This document shows, piece by piece, positions 21,860 through 36,100 of a stretch of DNA of 64,000 bases; position 1 is the stretch's first letter, and each line of letters opens with the position of its first letter. The translations under genes were made by a program, and so were the position numbers. The notes under the pieces are model-generated. The model did no database searches, was not told the origin of the DNA, and saw only the letters and a program-made list of their open reading frames with translations. The DNA comes from Bigelowiella natans CCMP2755 (Eukaryota > Protista > Cercozoa): NCBI GenBank assembly GCA_000320545.1, contig ADNK01001960.1, positions 1 through 64,000 of the forward strand, written 5' to 3'.

Positions 21860-24480
21860 TGCGTCATCACAAGTGAATTATGATTCAGATCACATCATGC
21901 AGCTTGCATGTGATGGGTGTCCAGTCACGACAGTGCATTGTTGTTGTGGTTGCTGTTGCACCCTTCGATGAATGCATGCATGTGCCCGTTGTTCAATTTC
22001 AAACAATGAACATGTTCGTGTTGACGAAATTCAACGCTGCGTCTGGATACACGACGCACATGGTAGCATGACTCGTCACTGCGATGTGACAGTGACGTAC
22101 GCCTGTGGGCCATGGCAGGACACCGCACTACTAGACTAGAGCATCGTGCGAGCAACTTCTAGGCCGTCGCCGATAGCGCACATGATGCTGTCAGGTGCAG
22201 ACTCAAAACTCACAAATTGAAGCAAGCGAGTACCGAATGAATGAAATCAACATGCACGTCAAACATTCAAATGACAAGCGTGTGTTAGCTGTGATAGACA
22301 TGTGATGTAACACATGTACTATGTATGATCTCACTGTGCTATCACACTTACATTAGACATGTAATGCAATCTAGCAATGCACATGCTACATGTGATGTTG
22401 CTGTGTCCATTGTGGCTTGTGATGTCCGGAGTTTGGGTGCACACGTCATCTCCCCGCCAGCCATCATCACCACACCTTCGTTCCATCACCACTCAGGATG
22501 TTCTCCCAGTTCCCAATGAGTCTTTGAGCATCTGAATACTTCGCCCATAATTTGCGATCGCTTGTGCCACAAGGCCAGCAGTACTCCTTCCAGCTTCGAT
22601 CCCAGATGCCCACGTTCCACACAGAATGACACTCGTAGCACAACCCCGCAGCACAACTTCCACAGCCTTGTGCAGTCCAGGTGAAGTCAGCGTTGCTGTT
22701 GAAGCTTTTGCCACTAAATTGCACTGAAGTCTTGCCACAGCAGCAGCTCGTGCATTTTCTCTGCACTGCCTTGGCAAACGTGGTTGAATTGGCGCCACCT
22801 TCGCAATTTTCACATGAGCAATGAGACGATTGACGCTTTGTTGTGACACAATTGGGAACACCACCTTTTGCTCGAGACTCTGCAAGCTTAGCATGGGATT
22901 CTTCGTGTTTGATGTGCACAACAGTGCCATCTGGTGCTGTCCAGTTTTGCAATCCGTCCTCAAGTTGAATCAAATGACCCTGGAAACACGCAAACGAAAT
23001 GATGACAAACGTGAGAAACGCCTCCGTTCACACAGAAAGCTTTGATCACCTTGGCAATGATGTCTTCGGGCGAGCCACTGAAGTTGTCATTGGAGGTCTC
23101 ACTCACATCATGGGTGTTCTCATTGCAATCAACCTCATTGCAGGGGCTAGCGTTGTCCAGGCTGAGGGCTTCGTTAGGTCTGTCTGTCAAGGACACAGAA
23201 CAACAGAGGAAATGAACACGAGAAGAAGGCACACTGGAGCCATGGGTCGTTGCATTTCCTGGTTAGAGGTCAGCCTGATGTTTTGTGTGTTTTTGCTGCT
23301 CCTCCTGATCCCTGCTCACGATGCGCAACTGAGTGAGTAGGTGTGAGGCATGGTGGAGATGTGACGGTGTTTGGTCAAATTTGGGCAATGACACCCAGAA
23401 AACAACAGGATGACAAGAGAGAAACTGCGAGTAGATCTGTGTTGATTGATGAGCTTTGATTAGCTGATCGCAAAAAATTCGGTTGGATTTTGGCAAATTT
23501 GACATTTGATGGCTGCTGCTGCTGCTGCTGCTCCCTTCAAAACGGTTCACACATGCGATTTCTTCCCAAAGACAATGTGTCTGACCCACATTTCACGAAG
23601 AAAGAAGGGGATTTCAAGATTTCAACACTTTCCTCTGACTGAGAATGCCGCCCCGACTGTCTCCGCAATGTGGTCAATGCATCGACGTTTCTTTCTTTTT
23701 CACACTGCAATGCGGTCCCTCTTCAGCCATGCACAAACTAAACACTTCTGGAACACTTTGTGTCTTCTGTTTCCGCCCTGAGCAAAACGTGATTCTTCAC
23801 TCGCATGCATCATTCCATTCGTTCATTGATCGAGTGCACATGCATGAGGTGTGATCGATGACACACACGCCGTCCATGCACACAACTGTTCTGGTGTTTG
23901 TTGGGGCTTGCAAACACGTGCACACAAGACTCGTCCATCACACGTGCATGCGGCTGAGGTGCGTTGATCATCGCTCACACATGAACACATGCAGACACAG
24001 CATGTGCTGTTGATGCATCCAAAAAACCTGAACGCATCAGAGACGCAAATGGAGGTGCACGACGTGTGACAGCCAGAGAGTCAGAATGATCTAGTGATGG
24101 ACACAGTGTCACACATCAACATGTGCTGCATGTGGCATCACATGTCTACATGACAACAAGTCACAGTGACATGACGCACACATGCACCATGTGTGGTGTC
24201 ACATGTCCATGATTGGAGCCGGAACAAGCTGCGTGAGAACAAAAGCATGCCTACTTTCTTGTTTGTCATTTTCATGTGCAGTGCTAGTGTGTGCGACGCG
24301 TGCACCTTTTGGCTGCATGGCACAGCTCTTGATGCCGTTGATAGCGCCCCCACAACATTGCTTTTGCATGTATGTTTTGTGCAGTAACATGTAGAGCTAA
24401 ATGCCAGGATTGTTGGGCTGTGAAAACAAAGCATTGCCTCAATTCTAACTCTTGATTCCATCTACTTGCAACGCATGTGA
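21860..24480. other. TpA-depleted hypermutated domain 2 (less saturated)
   Basis: CA/TG-rich and TA-poor. In the core (~22600-24350) the surviving TA are all in TAG, CTA or CTAG context. Confidence 0.85.
22467..23243 (-). pseudogene. Small secreted Cys/Trp-rich protein, frameshifted and partly hypermutated
   Basis: Signal-like MAPVCLLLVFISSVVL (ATG ~23243) is out of frame with the acidic segment (ORF 22960-23232). The downstream exon 22467-22973 is Cys-rich and keeps Tyr only in its distal part. Confidence 0.45.
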
Positions 24481-24507
24481 TGGGAAATTTCGCGCCGCAT
24501 TCACAAG

Positions 24508-24756
24508 CTAATTAAGAGACTTGAGCTCAGAGCACGGTGTTGGAGACACATCAACAGATTTGCCGGATATGTATCTGCAGTCGAACTCTCCTTTTCCGTC
24601 CACAGTAGTGACATTACGGAGGCTTATATTCGTAATCATCACGTCTTCAGACAAGCCACGGAACTTAAATGGGACATCAGGGTGACCAGCGATTCTGTGG
24701 TACACGATAGCAATAATTAAGGAGAGCGTCTTCGAAATGTGATACTGCTACTACTA

Positions 24757-24792
<36 letters not shown>

Positions 24793-25729
24793 TGCCATCT
24801 CTCCCGTTGGCACTGTACCCGACGACTTTATTGGAAACGAGTCATGATCATAAATTAATTGAAAATAAAATCGGATCGCAGAACCGATATCGGCATGAAA
24901 ATCTGACAGAGTGCACGCACCTGATGTTCTCGAACGTGATGTTGTTCACAACAGGAGGTTGCGGTGCCCACGATGCATCACACATCGGGTTTGGAGACCC
25001 GTAGCTCTCGCCCATGTTCAACGCGATCTGTTTGCACGACAATGCAACAATGGGCCGAAATGAATTACGGCATTAACATGAGATGGTATTCGGTTGTCGT
25101 ACACTTTTTCTCTCCTACTTGCATGTGCCGATTCCCCCCCCCCAAAACCTTCCCCACCTTAGCAGCTCCATCGATGAAAATTCCCTTGAACACAATATCG
25201 CGGACATAGCCACCCCTCTGCGGACTCGTTTTGATGTGCGCTCCATCCCCTCCCCCCAGGAACGCAGAGTCCTCAACGACGATATTCTCTACCCCTCCCG
25301 ACATCTCGCTCCCAATCGATAGTGACCCTGCACGCTCAGCCCAGGCCGTGAGATTGCGAATGTACACGTTCTTCGTCGCGCGGCCGTAGTGGACGCCAAA
25401 GCAGTCCCAGCCGCTCTTAATGGCCACTGCATCGTCACCTGGTATAGATGGAGTGCAGTGAGTGAGGCGATGTAGTTACTTACGATCTTGCGTTGCCTAG
25501 GTGATTTCAGTACTCGTGAGATTAGTATTTAATCTATGGTGCATATGCTCTGAGGACGATGGCAATACACTACGACCTGTGTTGATGTAGCTATCGACTA
25601 GCGTCACGTTCTCACTACTATCAGGGTCGAAACTAGAGGCAGGGGGGGGGGAGTGGAATTTTATTTCCATTCACACACATACACATGCACGCTGATATTA
25701 TGACATTTACGCGTATGGTATTTACGTGT

Positions 25730-25770
<41 letters not shown>

Positions 25771-26325
25771 GTGCGTGTGTGTAATGTACATGTAAAGAAT
25801 GCGAAAGTAATCGAGTAATAACAATCATGTAAGACACGAAGAAGAACGATACCCATCCGTGTTGGGGGCGTCAGGGGGGGCTAAGATGACAAGTCGTCTA
25901 CCCACAACGTTGGATGAGTACACGAAATGTGACGTCCAAAACGGGGAGTTCTTTGAACGAGGAGGGGGTGGGGAGAGAGAGAGAAAGACGCCAAAATGAG
26001 AACTCGTTAAAAAAACTAAACTGTGGCGGCAGTATCTTCGCTCATTGTGTAACACTCCCCCAAATATTTATTTGTTCAACGGATTTCAGTTGTATTATTG
26101 TGAGGTGTACAATTAGGGAGATGTCCTGAACGAGCAGTCCATCGCTCCACAAAAACTCCAGGAGTCTCCCACGGGTAATACTTTGTCGCTTCTCGTGGAA
26201 AGCCTGGACAATTCAGGTAGAATACATACAACACACAAGCGACGTCTATATGAGCGCGCGCGCACACATACACACACTCACAAACATACACAGGCAGGCA
26301 AGCAGTAGCCAGCCAGCCAGAGAGG

Positions 26326-26370
<45 letters not shown>

Positions 26371-26383
26371 AGGAGAGAGAGGG

Positions 26384-26420
<37 letters not shown>

Positions 26421-27530
26421 GCAAGCACAGACATACCAATAGCACGTTCCAAACTTCATTCAACGCAAGCGTGTGCTATCATCATCATATGTCATCATGT
26501 CTGACAATTCGGAACTGAGAAGAACCGACTGCATGGCGTGGTGCATGATATTACCTGCCACCATCCCCAACCATTGCCATCGATGGTTGAGGTTGTAGCG
26601 CCTTCTCCTTCTATGACTACGTCGCTAACGTTGAAGCCCCCAATGAAAGGACCGTATCTGAGTGGGATCTGGATTCCGCCACTAACAAGTTTATTAATAA
26701 ATGTGTACATATGTATGTATATATATATATATATATATTTGCGTATATATAAATATTACATGTGTGTGCGTGTGTTTGCGTGTGTGCCGTTTTATGTGGA
26801 GATATATATCCTACGATATATAATTCACAGGTTCCAATTTTCATCTCAATTCAGATTGTAAGGTTTTAAAGTAACAACATCACCGTCCTGTGCCATAGCT
26901 TGGCAGAGGTGGCAACAAAGGCCACTGATCCTTGGACTCTTCTCCCACCGCTCGAAGAGTCGCCCTACATCAGAATTCGCGCTATGTTAGGGGGGAAATG
27001 ACAGGAGAAGAAGAAGAAGAGGAAGAAGGAGGGGGGGGGGGGAAGGAGAGCCAACATCCAGCATTTCCACCACCTCGCTTTAGGTGACACGTACCCTTTG
27101 GATAAGTGGAGGGTAAAGTGAGAGGTGAGGTTGAATGGAGCAGTGACCCAGCATCCAGCTGGAATGAGGAGGTAGCAGCCCCCGTTCTTGGCAACGGTCT
27201 AACAGGAACGAAGGAGAAGGAAGAGGATGAGGAGGAAGAGGATTTTTTTGGATATTGCTAAAGCAAACTACTTACCTGAGCTTTTGCGATTGCGTCGACA
27301 AATGCTTGGGTATTGACAGTTTTATTGTCACCAACTGCTCCAAAGTCCGTGATTGAGAACCTGTACTGTTTTTCCCATGAAGATAGTGGGTCAACGTACC
27401 ATTTAACATCTAAGATTAGTCATGCGAGCACTAACCTTTCTCTTTGGAACTGCCATTCTCTCGCCGTGATAGATGCTCCGAAAGCTCGCATCGATGCTTG
27501 TCACCATGAAGACAAGGACAAGTATATTAT
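24508..27530 (-). CDS. Glycoside hydrolase family 28 (polygalacturonase-like), multi-exon
   Basis: FSITDFGAVGDNKTVNTQAF (~27300-27360), IDGNGWGWW, NSPFWTSHFVYS...APNTDG, GDDAVAIKSGWD, SIGSEMSGGVENI and HIKTSPQRGGYVRDI are the canonical GH28 motif series. The start codon is uncertain. Confidence 0.92.
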
Positions 27531-27569
27531 ACTAGTTTGCACAGCCATATAAACAAATCAAAGTCACTG

Positions 27570-28736
27570 TTTGATCCAGGAATAATAACGGCAAGGCTAA
27601 AAATCAATGACATTGGGGGTGCGGTCCACCATGATTCCGGGAGTTTTCTTGGAGTACCCCTTCCAGAAAACGAGAAATGGACAGAAATTATCCCCTGCGA
27701 CAACAATCCATACAATTTCAAGCTAGTACGAGTACCGGTAAGTTTTTCAAAAACATATGTCGCTCATGCAAAATTGGCCTCCTTCGAAGGGGAGAATACT
27801 GGAGAATACAAGGTGTATACATACCTGCGACATCGTATTTGAAGGGAAATTGCTGATTGGAGTATCGCCTGCTGCACTGCGCTCATGGAAGCAAGCAAGG
27901 AAGGAGCGTGATGATTTAAATTCTAGACAAACATGCACTAGATCTAAAAGGAGCGTGTCAGAAGGAACAGCTTGCTTCCTCCCCCGTCGTGTTTACTTGG
28001 TAGTATCTCAAAACGGCATGTGTATTTAGACTGTGACAACCTAATACTCGATCATACTACTCCAAAAAGCCCTATGGTGCTGCCTTGACTCTTCCACTGC
28101 GAGTATTGCCTCCGTCACGCGTAACTGATTAGAAGAAGGGGGAAAAAAAAAAGTAAATATTCTGTATCGCAGTCAGTGCAACCCCCCTTTGTACCAATGG
28201 TATCTAGTGCGACGGCATGGCTGATCTCGGGTATTCTTACGAAGAGAAGGAGGAGATCCATCGTTCTAAAGTTGATGTTGCAATGCTTAGATTCGATCAA
28301 GTTGGGTTTGGCTTCCATTTTCCTGGCTATTTCATTACTCCAGCTAATGAAACATTCTTCTGTTGTTTCAAGAAGACGGATTCAGTGGTAAAGAAAGACA
28401 CCAAACAAGACAGATCAGTATCAATATTGGCTGTGTCTCATTTTAGGACATCCCTTCTGTCAATACTGGTGTACATAACGTGGCAACTGGTCAGAACGAG
28501 TAATACTTTAGAAGTAACAAGATATTCAGGATGGTTTGTTGCTTTATAAAGGGGGCTCACGATCCTGTCCAATTCGGCTGGCAAGTGGACGTTATTTCAG
28601 TGACTATATTTGTGGTGAATGCACACAGAACACACCAGCTTATAATTATGCTAGACAAATTCTGATTGATAGTCTTTTGTGCCCGCCAGATTATCGAGAT
28701 GGCTCTATATACCTATATTGTGACTCTTCTGATTAA
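27570..28736 (+). CDS. Hypothetical multi-exon protein
   Basis: Coding-like segments in ORFs 27537-27842, 27757-28029, 28217-28549 and 28536-28736 are separated by short AT-rich gaps; no family recognised. Confidence 0.35.
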
Positions 28737-30832
28737 CTCCCATCTCGCTGCGGTTCAAAATCGACTGGGTGTATTGGAAAGTCTTCGTACGACGTACATA
28801 ACTTTCGGGTAGTAGGAGGAAGACCATACACTGCGGCCAAACATTTTCCATCCTGAAATGATAATGCTGTTGTGACGCAGGATGACACTAGCTCTCACGC
28901 TGCCAGCTGTTTCTTTAATTCTCATTTTGGTACTATCTTGTCGGTGTCGGTCCGAAAAACGAGCTTCTTTCTCTAGAAGTGGTGTCATTGTTCGCGCAAT
29001 CTGAATTATCCACCATACCATAATTATCTCCTCACAAAAAAGGAAACTGGTCAAGTGCGATGGTCCATTTTCTCAACGTGTAGCTATGGGATTGCGTGTG
29101 CAACCACGGGTAACGGCACGTACATGCTGTCTGTGAGTAGCAATGGTGGTAGTGGTGGTGATAATACACCCCTGCTGTCGGTCGACAAGGCGTGCGACAC
29201 GACACATTTTAGAAAGGATTCTATCTGAATAAACCTAGCTGCTCTGATGTCGTCGTCCTTGCTTTCCCTACTAATCTGCTGTCATCGTGATTCTCCCTTC
29301 TTTCTACCACTCAATCAGGATTCTACATATCTGTCGTCATGATAATTCTAGGCAGGTACAGTGGCACTAGAGTAACAAAAGACTATATGGACGTAATTGG
29401 ACGTTTCTTCACTGCTACTGCCGCAGCTACTCGTGAAAACATGAACACGACATGACGACTAATACTGTTGATAAATTCCTACTATAGTCGCTACCTTTCT
29501 CACCATCGTTGCTTCATTATTATTGTCATTCAAATCACTGACCGCCAGCATCATCTCCCATACAGATATCTTGATAAAATGCGAAGGAGGGCAGAAAAGA
29601 GGGGCAGTTACCTCCGTACTGCACTCTCCCCAAAGTAGAGTGAATCAATTGTTGCGAGGATCGATGGTTTTTAGTACGCAGCACCTTCAACTTTCCATCA
29701 ATCTATCGTATCACCACAATAGCAGCTTCTTCTGTTTCATTACCATTCTGTCGTGGCAGCTGATAATATCGCTAATTCCTGCTCGCACACATGTCAGTCG
29801 AACTCACTGTTTCTTCTCTCTACTCGCTCAGGGCGATGCGAAAGCTCAGTTGCAGCGTCTTCAGCTCCAACAACAATAGCAAGATCCCGACCAGCAGTAA
29901 CCATACGATATATAAAAGGTAATCATAGCTGATAGTGCCTTGTTATGATATCTTCCATCTCGTCCCACCCGTTTTGGCGATGATGATTCAGCGTTGTATG
30001 ACACACTCTGAGGCCAAACGCGAGGGTCGCACAATGTACATGCGGTGGCATAAGAAAATTGATTTTATCTCTGGATTTTCCCCTCGCTTGATGCTCTTGC
30101 TCTTTCTGTTTCCCTGAACAATACAGCCACCGAAATGAGCCCGCCCCCCCTTCTCCGTCGCCATGTGGTGCTCATGCAGCGGGAGCGAAAGGAGGAGGAG
30201 GATTGAGGACAATAATGTCTGGTTTTTGGATTGGGACTCTAACAGGTGTGCTCATAGAAAAGGAGGAAGAGGAGGAGGAGAGAGGAAGGAGGAGGGAGGA
30301 GAGAGGAGGGAGAACTTGACATCAAACTCACCTTTTCGATATAAAATGGGATTGTCACTCTGAGTGATATATTCTAACCACAAATCAGGAAGCAGTAGCT
30401 CAATGGTGGGGCCAGCTGCTGCTACTGCTACTACCACTACTACAGGCAACACGATGACGACGACGGGGTCATCAATTAAAGCTGCTGCTTCTGGGAAAAA
30501 CAACGGGTCAGATGTGCGATAGATGTGTTGTGCAGATTGAAAATAGATCATAATGATATTGAGGCATTTGCGACGACCGTTGAATAATCCTTTGTCCATC
30601 AAGCACAACAGTCATTTTTGCCATTTCTTTGGTTCGCATGGACAGGGGCATCAGCTGTCCTCTTCCTCCTTTTCTTTTCCTGCGCCGCTGAGTGTCTGCA
30701 CGCTCGCAAGTGCCTTCGCCAAGTCACTGTTGCTTCTGTATTGATAAGCATCACCCTTTTAATTACACTATCGCTCCATTAACGTCTAACACGTCGTCCG
30801 CTGGCTAACGCAGATTCGACTCTTCGGCTACT

Positions 30833-31540
30833 TTGAAGGCTAACTGCTTTACCAGCGATCAGAAGACGATGACGCTGCATGATTCCGCACCATCTCTCAA
30901 GGAAGAAAAGGAGATCTCGAAAAGCTACAAAGGAGAAGCGTCTAAGAGCGTGACCGTAACCGTCAGCTCTACCGCCTGGGACCATCACCCTCTCGCAACG
31001 CAGCCGTCGCCGACCTCAAACTCAAATCAAGGTATTCGCATCAAAGCTGCTGCTGCTGCTATCGGGACCCGGAAAGTGTATGATATGAGCAGAAACACGT
31101 TGCCTGCGTGCAGGGCGGGAAGCAGCGACAGTTGTGTGAAGAACAACAACAGTAGTCGCGGTGCCAGCGCGGTGAGGGCCACCACCACTAGCAAGAAGAA
31201 GTCATCCTCGCTGACGCATATTGGAGACATTACCTCTTCTGCTACAACAACAAACGAGCCTGACAGCAAAATTGACAAAGCAATGGCGCCAACCGCCATG
31301 TCGATGCCCAGCATGGTTACTGGAGAGCACGGAAGAGGGGGTGGTGGTAATGGCGGAGGAATGGGGAAAGCGATGGCAACAACAACAACAACAACAGCAG
31401 CAGCAGCAGCAACAACAACTACGAATGCGACGACTCAAAATGAAAGCAGCATGAACAGAGCTTCTTCTCCTTTCTTTCTGCATGCAGCGTTCAACACGTC
31501 CGACTGTGACTCTCCTAGGGTAGTAGTCATAGATGATTGA
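30833..31540 (+). CDS. Low-complexity Ser/Thr/Ala-rich terminal exon of a hypothetical protein
   Basis: 235-aa open frame with disordered composition ending VVVIDD*. Similar composition occurs upstream near 30370-30520. Confidence 0.35.
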   Translation: MKANCFTSDQKTMTLHDSAPSLKEEKEISKSYKGEASKSVTVTVSSTAWDHHPLATQPSPTSNSNQGIRIKAAAAAIGTRKVYDMSRNTLPACRAGSSDSCVKNNNSSRGASAVRATTTSKKKSSSLTHIGDITSSATTTNEPDSKIDKAMAPTAMSMPSMVTGEHGRGGGGNGGGMGKAMATTTTTTAAAAATTTTNATTQNESSMNRASSPFFLHAAFNTSDCDSPRVVVIDD

Positions 31541-32100
31541 TTGCGTGCTGCTACATGGGTTTCATCAATCGCAGGAGAACCATTGGAAGATTAGAAGTAC
31601 ACCCGTTCCAACGATTGTGCCGAGAGATTCGCCATAACAGACAGATGTCATTATGAGTAGTGTAATTAATGATGTCAGAATGCTCTCATATCGAGTGCAT
31701 GATGAACCAAAACCGATCTAGCTCAAAGTCGTTGTGGTATCAGGTGACGATAACAAATATTGAAGAAGGAATGCACCCGCCCAGTAAATGACAATAGTAG
31801 AAGAGAGTAGTAGGAGAAGGATCAGCGGTGGGAAGAGATCTGGGAAGGATTAACGTGCAAGGGTCATATGGCAGTTTATGTTTGCGACGTGACTAGAATT
31901 TGGTGAAGATGGGGAAATACCTGGACAATAACGATGTCTTTTCCCCACACTGATCGATGTCTAATGTCATGTAAATTCTTTTTCCTTCTACGTGGTTCTC
32001 ATTTCGTTCAATGATCTCTATGGCGTGATGGTAGATGGAGCTGATTCTCCAAAACGGGACACTGCTGCTACCAATAGGAGACGTCGTCACCGTCGAGGTG

Positions 32101-32142
<42 letters not shown>

Positions 32143-33174
32143 GCATGTCCATCCTTTTTGGTCATCTCTTGTGTTTTTATTTATATTCGCTTCAAGAGAG
32201 ATGGCAGTGCTGCTGCTGTTGCTGATGATAATGATAAAATGGGTAGAGATGTGAGTTATTAGTAGGCTTTAAATTTTCTCATTTATTGCAATATCTATGG
32301 CCTGACACTACCGTATCATCACCCCTCGCATACAGCAGCAGCAGGCATGGAGTTGGCCAAAAAGTTCCGCAGATTATCGTTATGTGCTGCGATTCTTAGC
32401 GTCGCATTCACACTCGTCGCTGTTCTGCACTTCCTAGGAAGAGTGAACGACTCTCGCAGCTACAGAGAGGTTTATGAGAGTTCAAACAGGAACTACAGCA
32501 TTTTCGATGATTTAACTTCCTATGCATCCGCGGGATTGATTGCGTTTGGGTTATATTATAGCAGCGGTAGTAGTAGTGGTCGGGCGTGGCCTTGCTGTTA
32601 ACCACCTTCGTCATAGCATTTTAGCTAGCAGCTTCGCTAGCTTATTCGTATCGATGCCTCAAGTTGTATTGCTTAATTAGTGTGTGATGTGTAATTATAA
32701 TAACTATACGCACGCAACACACACAATTGCGCAGGCAATAAGCAGATTCATGTCGATATATCGATCACCGCCAATAAGCTAAGATCAATTAGATTTCATG
32801 CCCTCGGGCGGGTGCTTGCTACGTTGTCATCATGTCATGTTATTGCCATTATTATGCTCTAGAGGATAACCCGATACGAGCCTGCACTTATATATTGCAA
32901 CATATCACTTACATACAAAAAGCAGCGTCGTATTTCTGCAGGACGATCGTATATATCCATGCATGTTCACCGCCGTCATATGTGCGCACATGCATGTTTA
33001 GCTCGCAAATTAATCGAACGCTCTTGCTGCAGCTAGTGCTGCCACATGTGATCGCATCGTTTGTAGCGGTGTGCGACGTACATGATCATAGCATCGATTG
33101 GGTGTTTAAAATTTCTCATAATACAATACATCTAAAATAAAAAGCACTCTCACAAAAGATTTCTCAAACTTAAG

Positions 33175-36100
33175 TTAGCAGAGCATCTGCGTGGGAGTGA
33201 GAACTTCTGGTCCATTTGGCCATCCATCTGGAGCAGCATTTGAGCAGCACGTTGCAGGGTTGGGCGTAGCTAATGTGAGGAGGCCGTTCACATTGATAAG
33301 ATATTTACTGTGCATAGCCATATTCCATTTCAGCTCTTCTTCCATGTATGAGATGTACGACTTGTACGGCTTTTGCTCGTGCAATCCTATCTGGACGATC
33401 CCATAATGCAACATATCGTGGAAACCAGAGTTGTGAGCATACGTAAATCCCGTGAAGTGGAAGGTTTTCTTTTTCTCGACAAACAACTGGGTCGTCGCAG
33501 ACTGGAGGAGAAGATCATTCCAACGTTTGGTGAAGATAACACCAGTATCGTCAATGGTATTGAGGAAGTGCTGGATGTCAGGCTCCAGGAATCGATCGAT
33601 GTGCCCGACGAAGAAATTGTTGTAGAATCCCCAGAAATCTCCACAGTTCTCACGGTTGAGGTCATCTACTGAGTCTTTCTTGTTGCAGGCGTCCAGCATC
33701 CAGCCGGTTTTTCCACCCATGTACGCGGAGCTGTAGTTACGAAGGAGGCGTGGGTAGCCATCAGCATCGTCCCAGATGAGACCAGTTTCTCTTGCAATGT
33801 TACGGTAGCCGTAGTCGTAACCGTAGTGCTCCATGAACCCGAAGAGGTTGTAAGGGATGGGGCTTAGCAGATATGAGTCATCATCGAAGCGGCAGACCCA
33901 CTTGTAACCCTTCGCTTTCAGTGCTGGCCACACTCGAATGGCATACCACCGCATCATCTTGCGGTAGCCCATCCCCTCGACTCCTGCCCAGTCATGATGC
34001 ACTCTGCCAATTCCGGTTTTAGGGTGCTGCGCCCAGTTCTCGCCTTTGAGGTGGAAGAATTGGATTTCAGGACGGCCTGCAATAACCTTCTTCTGTGTCT
34101 CCTCATCGAAGTCTCCCTCGTGCAGCACAAGGATATCATCCTTCTCTCTGTTGTTGTAGTTTTTGTACAAGAGACGGAGGGTGTTGTTAAGGATGTCAAG
34201 TCCGGTGCGTCCGTAGGTTTCATGGCGTTTGTTTTGTGCAAGGATTACGAAGCAGCCCTTCCCAGTTTTTGGTTTTCCGATTTTGAGTTGAGCCGCCTCC
34301 TTCTCTTTGGCGAAGTCAGCGTTCATGTGAGGACAGCAGTAAGTCTCTCCCTCCTTCGATTTGCCCCAATCCGGAAGCGGGTCGTTTTTGCAAGTCTCTT
34401 GAGGTTTCGAGGGGCCGGTGACAAAGTCTCCAACGATCCTCTTGCGCTTTTGGGTAGCGGACTCAAGATCTATGACTGATGAAAACGTAGGTTTCTCACT
34501 GAACTCTGAGTCTCTGAAGTAAACCGCAAATTCTGATACGCCGGACCAGCACTTTACCATGCTATCCGTTTGAGCGAGAGTCAAAGAATCAAGAAGCACT
34601 TGCTCACTTTTCAGGTCCTTGGGATACTGGTCGTTGTAGAGAACATTTTTGTTCTCGCGCTCAGCATTCTGATATTCGATGGTGTTGGAGAAATTTGATC
34701 GCATCATGCTCACGTAGCTCTTGTCATCAGTTGCCAGGAAGACCTTTGCATTTTTGTTCTTCTTAACGAAAGCGTTTGTGTGCTTGACGTAGAGTTTTGG
34801 ATCGACTTTCTCGTGTACAACCTTATCGGTGCCTCGCATGTGTAGCCCAAGAACAGGACCCGAGCCTTCAAATTTGTTATTAAAAAGTTTCACAGCCTTC
34901 GTCCGCATATTATCTGTGACATGGATGAAATTGTCCATAATGAAGTTCGCTTCATCGCGCTGGTACTGGATCCATTTGTCTCCGCACTCCCATTCGTCGT
35001 CACCAGGGTAAGGGTAGGCATGCACAGAATTCCTATCGTAGTATGCAGTCATTATCGAATCTTGCGAAAATTCCCAAACATTGCTCTCGTCGATTTCTTG
35101 GACGTCAGAAAACTGCATTTGCCCGTGTTTGAGAGGTTTGAACCATTTGTGCCAGAACTCTGGTGTCTGTTTGTCAGAGTCGCTGTGGCAATCAGAGTAA
35201 TGGTGGTTCTCCGGCATGTACACAATGGGAGCTTTGTGACCGATGAGGCCGTGACGAACTGCGAACTCGAGTTGATTGATGACAAAAAGAGGGAACGTGA
35301 AGAATCCGCAACCAGAAACAAATTGATAGAGACTGCGAATTCTAAGGTGCTTTTTCTTTAGTGAATCCCGAAGTTTATCCAGTTTAGCAACTTTATGGGA
35401 AGGATAGCCCCTGATAATGTGCGAGCAAAAATTAGTAGATGTTGGTGCGCGCGCGTGTGTGCCTTTTTGCACTCACTCAGACTACATACAGAGTATCTTA
35501 TAGTGAAAAGTTGATGCTTCAAATACAAGAAGATGATAATCCAATCAGTTTTTGGCTGTGCCACTAAGATGAAAAGCTTCAAAGGTACCTGAAACTGTAG
35601 TTGAAAGACTGTTCGTCTGCAACGTCAAGCGAGTAACAGTTTCCAGTCTGTTCGCAAGGAGGCATGAACTTGCAGGTACTGCGAGCTGCCATATCGGTAA
35701 ATCCACATTCACCAACATTTTGGCACTGTTTATGGTTGCAAACGGATAGCTTTTGCTTTGATTGAAACAGGCGTGGTGTTACGGAGTATTGCATGTATCT
35801 CTTCACGTCATAGAGACGACCCTTCATCATAAAATTGTTAAACCTGATTATAAATTGTGTAAGCGCAAAACAATTTCCTGCTTATTATTTTCACTTACTT
35901 GATATCTGCGCTGAATTCGTTATCGAGTTTCTGCGCCCCATCTTTACTAAGAAGGTATGCTGTAGAACAGAATTGGTTCTGAGCCTTCACAAGATTGGTC
36001 TTTTCATCCATTTTCGCCTATGGATGATGCATACTTGTCAGTCATATCTAGCTGGTAATTTTCGCACTTAATCATTCTTAAACAGTACATCAGCATACTT

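Noticed and set aside
32347-32601. Small membrane-protein ORF
   Set aside because: It is short with no recognisable family, so the support is insufficient to list it as a feature.
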